The position numbers were made by a program, and so were the translations under genes. The notes under the pieces were generated by a model, which was not told the origin of the DNA, ran no database searches, and worked only from the letters and a program-made list of their open reading frames with translations. A DNA stretch of 64,000 nt from an uncultured Verrucomicrobiae bacterium (GTDB lineage Bacteria > Verrucomicrobiota > Verrucomicrobiia > Chthoniobacterales > UBA10450), in contig CAVYXA010000006.1 of NCBI GenBank assembly GCA_963772365.1, positions 1 through 64,000 of the forward strand. Direction: 5' to 3'. Of the stretch, positions 56,735 through 64,000 are shown piece by piece; the stretch's first letter is position 1, and each line of letters starts with the position of its first letter.

Positions 56735-57820
56735 TCACGCCAAAGCGAGATTCGGATCGATTTCGTCAGTCACCTTGGATCTGAATCCGGCCCTTAAACG
56801 CAACAGCGCTGCAAACGCAATCATCGCGGCATTGTCAGTGCACAGCCACGAGGCGGCAGCTTTGAATTCAAGCCCGAGCCGGGCGCATTCTTCCTCCAAT
56901 CTATTCCGTAGATTCTGATTGCAGCTGACTCCACCGCTGACAGTCACAAGGTCGACATGGTATTTCCGCGCGGCTGCAATTGTTTTGCGCACGAGCACAT
57001 CTACCACAGCCGCTTGGAACGATGCGCAAACATCATTCAAAACATTGTTTCGAGCGAAGTCGATTTTCGGTAACAAATAACGGACCGCCGTCTTTAAACC
57101 GCTGAAGCTGAAATTCTCCGAGTCAGGCATGCTTCGCGGTAAATCAAAACGCGCGGGGTCACCGTTGCGGGCATGCCGTTCGATCTCCGGACCACCGGGA
57201 TAGCCGAGCCCGAGCAGTTTCGCGACTTTGTCGAATGCCTCGCCGGCGGCATCATCCACAGTTCGGCCGATCAAACGATAATTGCTCAGCCCACGCACGA
57301 GGATCGACATGGTATGTCCACCACTTACGATCAGAGAAACGTGCAGTGGAATGTGCTCCAGAGTTTTTGGGACATCACAATCACCGGCGTTTCGCGTCCG
57401 CCTCTCCCTCACGGGGGGAGGTGCACTCGCCGAGGCGAGGCGGTGAGGCCTATCTTCCACAAAAAAAGGTGAAAGCAAATGACCTTCGAGATGGTTGATC
57501 GCGAGAAACGGTTTCCCAAAGCCGACCGCGAGACCTTTCGCGATCGAGGCGCCGATCATCAATGAGCTGGCCAGCCCGGGTCCGCTTGTGGCGGCGAAAG
57601 CATCGATATTCGCGATGTCGATCTTAGCCGCCTGCGTTGCGCGTTCCAGTAACCGAGGCGCATGAACAAGATGATTCCGCGAAGCAATTTCCGGCACGAT
57701 GCCACCGTATTTTTCGTGGGTGTGAATTTGTGAAGCCACTTCGCTAGCCAGCAACTCGCGTTCACGTAGGATTGCTACGGCTGTTTCGTCGCACGATGTT
57801 TCTATAGCCAGTATCGTCAC
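56735..57820 (-). CDS. tsaD: t6A threonylcarbamoyltransferase subunit TsaD, with an internal insertion
   Basis: ETSCDET, HLEGH, VSGGHT, DDAAGEAFDK, CTDNAAMI. Confidence 0.95.
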   Translation of the reverse strand: MTILAIETSCDETAVAILRERELLASEVASQIHTHEKYGGIVPEIASRNHLVHAPRLLERATQAAKIDIANIDAFAATSGPGLASSLMIGASIAKGLAVGFGKPFLAINHLEGHLLSPFFVEDRPHRLASASAPPPVRERRTRNAGDCDVPKTLEHIPLHVSLIVSGGHTMSILVRGLSNYRLIGRTVDDAAGEAFDKVAKLLGLGYPGGPEIERHARNGDPARFDLPRSMPDSENFSFSGLKTAVRYLLPKIDFARNNVLNDVCASFQAAVVDVLVRKTIAAARKYHVDLVTVSGGVSCNQNLRNRLEEECARLGLEFKAAASWLCTDNAAMIAFAALLRLRAGFRSKVTDEIDPNLALA

Positions 57821-57822
57821 AA

Positions 57823-57852
57823 TGAAATTGTAGGGCAGACGCGTCGTCTGCC
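57823..57852. repeat. single arm of the TTGTAGGG REP family
   Basis: TGAAATTGTAGGGCAGACGCGTCGTCTGCC versus TGAAATTGTAGGGAAAGCGCGTCGCTTGCC at 83-112. Confidence 0.7.
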
Positions 57853-57899
57853 AATCGAAGCCTTCCGAAACGGTTGCGGTAGCACGCAACCTTCGCGGA

Positions 57900-59195
57900 T
57901 TACTTCTTTACTGGCTCAGTGATTGGATTGGTTTGCTGGGCGTAAATCATAACGCCCTTGAGAGCATCGATAGCGCGCATCATCTGCGGATCCTTTGATC
58001 GAATGAAATTCTTGTCCTGCTCTGGATTCGCATTTCCGACGGCTCGGAAAGTCGCAAGCGCCCGGGCCTGTTCTGCCGTCATCGGCACTCGAATGTTCGG
58101 CGTCACTCCCTTGCCATGAATGACCTGTTTGCTCGGCGTATAGTATTTCGCCGTTGTGATCCGCAATGCGGATCCATCCGGCAGCTGAAGAACATTCTGG
58201 ACCGATCCTTTGCCGAAAGTCGTCTCTCCCACAAGTACCGCCCGGTTCAAATCCTTTAGGGCACCGGCCACAATCTCCGCCCCACTGGCGCTGCCTTCAT
58301 TAATCAAAACAGCCAATGGAAATCGCGGTCGCCGCCGTGTAGTGCTCGACGTGGCGTACTCACGTTGCTGGGACGCAACACGTCCCTGGGTGGAAACGAC
58401 GTTTGTGTTTGGAGGCAGAAATTCTCCGCATACATCCACGGCGCTGTTCAATAACCCGCCGGGATTATTTCGAAGATCGAGAATCAACGCCTGCATTCCT
58501 TGTTTCTGCAAATTGTCCAGAGCCTTCGACAGTTCGTCCGCGGTCGGCTCGTTGAATTGGATCAGGCGGACGTACCCGATCTTAAATGGACCGGTTAAAT
58601 CGGAATCCAGCACTTGTGCCGCTTTGACGCTTTGCACCTTAATCTCCGTCCGTTCGAGAGTGTATTCTTTGATCTCTTTGGTGGATGGTCGAAGCAGCGT
58701 AAGACTTACCTTCCGTCCGGGCGGTCCCCGTAGAACAGTGACCACGTCTTGCAGCTCCATTTTTTCGGTGGAGTTGCCGGCTATTTTGAGGATCTGATCG
58801 CCCGAGACGATGCCAGCCTTCGCGGCGGGCGTATCCTCCATTGCACTAACCACGGTGGGCAGTCCGTTCTTCATCGTCACCTCGATGCCCAGACCGTTGA
58901 ACCGGCTGCGGGTATCATCCTGCATGTCCCGGAAATCGTTCGGATCCATGAACTGGCTATGGGGATCGAGCGAGGAAAGCATTCCTTTCATCGCAGCTGC
59001 AATGAGATCGTGATAGTCGGTCTTGCTGCCATCGACGTAATCCTGCCGGATTACTTGAAGCGCCTTTGCGAAAATCGAGATTTGCGAGTAACCGTTGTCT
59101 TCTTCCTCGCCTGCCGCCATGGCGTTTGTCAAACCGCCAGGCATGACAAGGAAAGAAGAGAGGCCAATTAACGCGATCAGAAGGTTCCGTCTCAT
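57900..59195 (-). CDS. S41 C-terminal processing peptidase (CtpA-like)
   Basis: LDPHS, DLRNNPGGLL, SASGAEIVAGAL, GKGSVQ. Confidence 0.92.
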   Translation of the reverse strand: MRRNLLIALIGLSSFLVMPGGLTNAMAAGEEEDNGYSQISIFAKALQVIRQDYVDGSKTDYHDLIAAAMKGMLSSLDPHSQFMDPNDFRDMQDDTRSRFNGLGIEVTMKNGLPTVVSAMEDTPAAKAGIVSGDQILKIAGNSTEKMELQDVVTVLRGPPGRKVSLTLLRPSTKEIKEYTLERTEIKVQSVKAAQVLDSDLTGPFKIGYVRLIQFNEPTADELSKALDNLQKQGMQALILDLRNNPGGLLNSAVDVCGEFLPPNTNVVSTQGRVASQQREYATSSTTRRRPRFPLAVLINEGSASGAEIVAGALKDLNRAVLVGETTFGKGSVQNVLQLPDGSALRITTAKYYTPSKQVIHGKGVTPNIRVPMTAEQARALATFRAVGNANPEQDKNFIRSKDPQMMRAIDALKGVMIYAQQTNPITEPVKK

Positions 59196-59301
59196 GTTAT
59201 GAAGAAATCGCCCTTATCATCGCGCATGCGGAAATCTTTCGCAACGCGGCTGGCCGATCTCGCTCATTCGCGCAACCGAGATAGAGTCCCCGACCTGTGA
59301 C

Positions 59302-61068
59302 ATGAAATTTTCTTTGCGCCTCATTTTCCTGCTTCCGGTTTTTCTGTCGGCCACGGCCGGGATGGCGGTGCAAACGGCTGACGACGACTATGAAAATGTC
59401 GCTGAGGAGTACATCAAAGGTTATTTTGCCGCGCGACCGCTCGAAGGCACCGCTCTCGGTCTGCACGAATACGACGGAAAAATCACCGATTATGACCGGC
59501 TCGCTCTCGATGCGGAACTGTCGCGGCTCCATCGGTTCGACGATCGCTTGAGCAGGTTCGATCTCGACAAGTTGAGCGCTCGGCACGCCATCGACCTGCG
59601 CATTCTTCAAGCGGCCATCCGAGGGGAACTCTTCCGAAGGGAGGCGATGTCGATCTACGAGCGGAACCCGATGGTCTATGCCCGGGCGGCCAATTTGAAT
59701 GTTTTTATCAAAAGGAGCTTTGCGCCGCTCGAAGATCGGGTCCGCAGCATCATCGCAATTGAGCTGCAGGTTCCCAACATCATCATTGCCGCCAAGACGA
59801 ATTTGGACGAGGTCCTTCCGAAGCCCTACGTCGAACTGGCCATTCAAATCGCAAAAGGCAATGCGGATTTTCTAAGGAAAGATCTGGTTGCGGCAGTGGT
59901 GGACGTGAAAGACGAACGCATCAGAAGCGATTTTCAGGAATCGAACCGCAAAGCTGCCGCCGCGCTGGGGGATTATGCCGACTGGTTGCAGCGGGAGCGG
60001 TTGCCCAAAGCCACTCCCGAATTCGCCATCGGCGAAGAGAAATACGCGCGGATGCTAAAAGAAGCCGAACTGGTCGATCTTCCGCCTGACAAAATTCTGG
60101 ACCTTGGCTTGGAGGCGCTGAAGGCGGAGCAGAAACGGTTTGCGGATTCGGCCAAAATTGTCGATCCAACCAAGGCTGCTCCCGAGGTATTCAAGGAGAT
60201 TCAAAAGGAGCATCCAACGGCCGATAACCTGATCCCGAGCATCGCAAAGAATCTCGATCAAATCCGCAAATTTGTAGTCAGCCAAAAGCTGGTCACGATC
60301 CCATCGGATGTGCGGCCCAAGGTGAAGGAGACTCCGAAATTCGCCCGGGCTACGTCATTCGCTTCCATGGATTCGCCGGGACCGTTCGAACGACGCGCCA
60401 CCGAGGCGTATTACTACATAACGCCAGTGGAGAATGATTGGTCCGACAAGCAGAAAGAGCAGTGGCTCACTGCATTTAATGATTACACTTCGGACGTCGT
60501 CTCGATCCACGAAGTGTACCCTGGCCATTACGTGCAATTCTTGCATCTGAATGTTTCGGCGACCACAAAGGTGGAGAAGATCTTTGGCAGTTACGCATTC
60601 ATCGAGGGCTGGGCGCATTACTGCGAGCAAATGATACTCGATGAAGGATTTCCGAGAGCGTCGGGAGCGACGCCTAGCGCTGAGGAGGCAAAGCGCGCTG
60701 CCAAGTATCGCATGGCCCAATCGTCTGAAGCGTTACTGCGTCTTTGCCGCTTATGCGCGTCGATTCAAATGCACGCGAAGAACATGTCGATCGACGAAGC
60801 GACAAAATTCTTTCGGAAAAACTGCTACTACGAGGAGAAACCGGCCCGAGCCGAAGCCATGCGAGGAACATTTGACCCTGGCTACCTCAATTACTCGTTG
60901 GGTAAACTGGAAATCCTCAAATTACGAGAGGATTACAAAGCGCAGCAGGGAAACGAATTCTCGTTGCAGAAGTTTCATAACGAACTGCTCAATCACGGCA
61001 TGCCACCCATTCGCTTGCTCCGAGAGATAATGCTCAAGGACAAAACGAAATGGGACGAGGTGCTGTGA
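59302..61068 (+). CDS. DUF885 domain protein
   Basis: HEVYPGHYVQ, EGWAHY.E, Y.LGKL.I. Confidence 0.88.
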   Translation: MKFSLRLIFLLPVFLSATAGMAVQTADDDYENVAEEYIKGYFAARPLEGTALGLHEYDGKITDYDRLALDAELSRLHRFDDRLSRFDLDKLSARHAIDLRILQAAIRGELFRREAMSIYERNPMVYARAANLNVFIKRSFAPLEDRVRSIIAIELQVPNIIIAAKTNLDEVLPKPYVELAIQIAKGNADFLRKDLVAAVVDVKDERIRSDFQESNRKAAAALGDYADWLQRERLPKATPEFAIGEEKYARMLKEAELVDLPPDKILDLGLEALKAEQKRFADSAKIVDPTKAAPEVFKEIQKEHPTADNLIPSIAKNLDQIRKFVVSQKLVTIPSDVRPKVKETPKFARATSFASMDSPGPFERRATEAYYYITPVENDWSDKQKEQWLTAFNDYTSDVVSIHEVYPGHYVQFLHLNVSATTKVEKIFGSYAFIEGWAHYCEQMILDEGFPRASGATPSAEEAKRAAKYRMAQSSEALLRLCRLCASIQMHAKNMSIDEATKFFRKNCYYEEKPARAEAMRGTFDPGYLNYSLGKLEILKLREDYKAQQGNEFSLQKFHNELLNHGMPPIRLLREIMLKDKTKWDEVL

Positions 61069-61095
61069 GCCGCGCTTATTTCCGATCAGTCCAAA

Positions 61096-61710
61096 TCAGG
61101 ACGACTTGTATTTGACTGAGCAGCCGTAGGGTCGTGTGGTCGGCTTGCTGATAGGTTTGCCGGCCAACGATTCATCGAGAGCGGCCTTAACGTAATTAGT
61201 CGACGTGGGTATGTCGGCCGGGTTTGGCGTGGCCTTGCTATCAATCGCGCCTTCGTAAACGATTTTTCCTTCCGGATTGATGATGACCATGTCAGGCGTG
61301 TTTTTAGCCCCATAAGCGCGGCCGACTTTGCCTTCGGGATCGAGCAGAAACGCCGTCTGATGCGCATTCCAGCCAGTCACGATTTTTTCGGCTTGCTCCG
61401 CAGTCAGGTTACCCTGGGTTCCGGGGGCGTTGGAATCGACGGTGAGCCAGACAACTCCTTTGGTGGTAAATTCCTTTTGCAGGTTTTGCATGTTGCCGCT
61501 GCCGTAATGTTTCTTCACAAACGGGCATTCCGGATTGAACCATTCCAGCACGACGTATTTGCCCTTGTAATCAGCAAGCGAATGCTTCTGACCTTTGGCG
61601 TCAGACAATGTGAAAGCGGGCGCCGTGCTTCCGACTGGAGGAGCATCGGCAGCTAGGAGAGTTGTGGCGATGAGTGAACTTGCAGTGATGAGGATCGATT
61701 TGGTTTTCAT
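61096..61710 (-). CDS. secreted thioredoxin-like / redoxin protein
   Basis: WFNPECPFV, YEGAID, PYGCSVKY. Confidence 0.85.
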   Translation of the reverse strand: MKTKSILITASSLIATTLLAADAPPVGSTAPAFTLSDAKGQKHSLADYKGKYVVLEWFNPECPFVKKHYGSGNMQNLQKEFTTKGVVWLTVDSNAPGTQGNLTAEQAEKIVTGWNAHQTAFLLDPEGKVGRAYGAKNTPDMVIINPEGKIVYEGAIDSKATPNPADIPTSTNYVKAALDESLAGKPISKPTTRPYGCSVKYKSS

Positions 61711-63863
61711 GGTTTGTTTACTATTGAACGAATGGCAACGCTCGGGGAAATGGTTTCGAGTTTCTCTAAAATCATATGTTTAGTCAGCAACTCTGGAAAA
61801 ACAATTGGTTCAGCCGACGAAGCCGGATAAAGCACATAAAGTGGGACACCTGGGCGGCCGAATCGTTGCAATAATTTTGTGATCGCAGGGTCGCCGTTAG
61901 TCCAGTCGGCGACCAGCTTCGTCACTCCGTGGCGGGAAAACGCTTCGCGGACTTCGGCGCTATTGAGCACCGTTTTCTCATTGAACTTGCAAGTGATGCA
62001 CCAGGCGGCAGTAAAATCGACAAACACCGGGTGACCTTGCGCCAGCTCGGCCGCGACGCGGGATTCGATGTTGCCGGCGGCGGATCCTGATCTTGCAACT
62101 GATACCGATCGGAATTTTTCTCCGATAAAATAGGCGCCGCTACCGAGTACGAGCACGAGCATGAGCACAAAGACAAAGATCCGGTTTCCAATGGATGCTG
62201 TCGGCACGAGAAACACACCTTTCATCCAGCATGCGATGCCGAGCACGAGCAGAAAACTGGCGGCCCAGATCAATGCTTCATAGCCGCGTTGTGCGCCGAT
62301 CACATAAAGGAGAAAGAGAAGCGTCGCGAGCAAAAGAAAGCCCATGAGTTGTTTCACACGTTCCATCCACGCGCCGGGTTTGGGTAGAAATCGTAGCCAG
62401 GCCGGATGCGCACTTAGTGCGAGATAGGGGAGACTCATTCCTGCAGCGATCGCGACAAACATCGCAAAGATGATCAGAGGCGATTGGGTGAAGGCGAAAC
62501 CGAGAGCCGTGCCGAGAAAGGGGGCAGTGCAAGGCGTCGCTAAAACTGTCGCGAACACGCCGTGAAAAAACGAGCCAGCATCACCTTCCCGCGCCACTGA
62601 TCCGACCAAACGCGTCGCGGTTTCTGGCGGATTAATTTCAAACACGCCCAATAGGTTGAGCGCAAAGACCGTGACCAGCGCGCTTAGAGCCAACACAAAG
62701 TACGGATTGGTGAATTGCAACGCCCACGTGATCTGATGTCCGGCGGCTTTCAGCGCAATCAACAGCACTGCGAGCCCGATAAACCAGGCAAAAATTCCTG
62801 CAACAAACAGGGCCCCATTCCGGAAAATGTGACGTCGATGTTGGCCGGCTTGCTTGACGAACCCAAAAATCTTGAGCGAAATCACGGGCAAGACGCATGG
62901 CATCAAATTCAAAATGATCCCGCCCAGGAACCCGAAGAAAAGGTAAGTGGCAAGGCCGCGGGACGCTGTCGAAATGCCTGTCCCAGCGGCGCGAAAATTT
63001 TCCTCGGCAGCCGGTTGTTTGGTTGAGACAACCGCCGCTGCGCCTCCTTGGAAGTACCAGCCTGTGCGATTTGGATCGGTCGCGCTCGCGCCAGCCACAA
63101 TCAAACCGTGCAACTCAGTCGGCGGTTTGTTCTCGAACGGAATCTTAAACGTGACTTGATCATCTGTGCGCGATTCGATGCTTGCGTGGCCCACCACCGT
63201 GTTTTCCAGCGGCAACGGATAAAGATCGACGAACGAATAGCCGGCGAGCCCACTGTGCTGGAAACCAAATGAGATCGCGGAAGCGGCGCGGTCCCAATTC
63301 TCGATCTTACCCGTGGTCTGCGGCAGCAATTTGCGATATCGCGAAAATAGCTCGGTGTTCGCCGGCTGAGTCGACGCGGCAGTCGGTAATTTCAACTCGA
63401 GTTTTGCGCTGCCAGGAACACAGATTTTTTCGCAGACGAGCCAGTCAGCGTCGGCCGCAAGTCTGACGGTGGAATCGGAAATCGCAGCTGGCGGCGTGAT
63501 TTCTTGGATGAGTAGAACTTCATCGCTGTAGCCGTAGGTGACGATGTCGCCCGGATCTTTGAGCTTGAGCGGAATAGGCCATTGAATGTCGCCGATTTTC
63601 CAGCCTGGCGGTAATTTCCATTTGATCTCGGTCGGCAATCCTGCGTCGCCGGAAAACTTCCAATAGGTGTGCCAGCCCGGCGCCATGCGCAGCAGAAGAC
63701 CGACGCTGAATGGTTTCCCAGGAACGACGCCGTTTGTATCCGACAGCAACGTCGCGTTAACCAGTTTCTTGCCCTCATAGGTTTGACCGCTCGTCAACAG
63801 GGTCGCTCCGAGGACCGACAACAGAAATATGCCGATAAAAAGAACGAATCGGCTAGTTTTCAT
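61707..63863 (-). CDS. DsbD-family thiol:disulfide interchange protein
   Basis: GWHTYW, CEKIC, LMPCVLP, ATPCTAP, AWCITCK. Confidence 0.9.
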   Translation of the reverse strand: MKTSRFVLFIGIFLLSVLGATLLTSGQTYEGKKLVNATLLSDTNGVVPGKPFSVGLLLRMAPGWHTYWKFSGDAGLPTEIKWKLPPGWKIGDIQWPIPLKLKDPGDIVTYGYSDEVLLIQEITPPAAISDSTVRLAADADWLVCEKICVPGSAKLELKLPTAASTQPANTELFSRYRKLLPQTTGKIENWDRAASAISFGFQHSGLAGYSFVDLYPLPLENTVVGHASIESRTDDQVTFKIPFENKPPTELHGLIVAGASATDPNRTGWYFQGGAAAVVSTKQPAAEENFRAAGTGISTASRGLATYLFFGFLGGIILNLMPCVLPVISLKIFGFVKQAGQHRRHIFRNGALFVAGIFAWFIGLAVLLIALKAAGHQITWALQFTNPYFVLALSALVTVFALNLLGVFEINPPETATRLVGSVAREGDAGSFFHGVFATVLATPCTAPFLGTALGFAFTQSPLIIFAMFVAIAAGMSLPYLALSAHPAWLRFLPKPGAWMERVKQLMGFLLLATLLFLLYVIGAQRGYEALIWAASFLLVLGIACWMKGVFLVPTASIGNRIFVFVLMLVLVLGSGAYFIGEKFRSVSVARSGSAAGNIESRVAAELAQGHPVFVDFTAAWCITCKFNEKTVLNSAEVREAFSRHGVTKLVADWTNGDPAITKLLQRFGRPGVPLYVLYPASSAEPIVFPELLTKHMILEKLETISPSVAIRSIVNKP

Positions 63864-64000
63864 TCCAGTAATTAACATCAAGCCAGAGTTGCAGCAATTG
63901 CGCCCGGCACGCCGCATTGACTAAAGAAGAGCGAGACTATGCAAAATCCCGCGTGAAGAGTGGCTAAAGCTTGGGACTGCCTACGGCGTGTTCTTTCGAA

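Noticed and set aside
1..64000. Integrase, transposase (including REP-associated RAYT), prophage or cas genes
   Set aside because: No ORF shows tyrosine/serine recombinase, DDE, HUH, phage structural or Cas motifs.

Overview
A mostly housekeeping 64-kb bacterial chromosomal window of moderately high GC. Gene content (PEP-CTERM protein, 'AVSRxTHG'+dockerin C-terminus, repeat families) suggests a soil Verrucomicrobiota / Chthoniobacterales-like organism; this is inference. It holds about 60 CDS, including pyrD, mnmE, hisC, a cysteine desulfurase, acnA, rplM-rpsI, tsaD, three S41 proteases, a serpin, sulfotransferases and a sulfatase, an ECF sigma module and DsbD. RNA genes are tRNA-Lys(UUU), tRNA-Gly(UCC), tRNA-Leu(UAG) and RNase P RNA. 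Many genes carry single-base frameshifts that look like long-read assembly errors. No integrase, transposase, prophage or CRISPR array was seen. Two unexplained patterns stand out. (1) Three conserved genes (tRNA-Lys, acnA, rnpB) are each followed by a sub-kb nuclease or toxin-antitoxin cargo and then a second, altered copy of their own 3' end, with no recombinase nearby. At tRNA-Lys the extra copies have the anticodon arm replaced by a CCCCGAAAGC(G/T)TTCGGGG hairpin. (2) Several families of short palindromic REP-like repeats occur not only between genes but also inside RNase P RNA helices, in frame inside acnA and tsaD, and overlapping start and stop codons.
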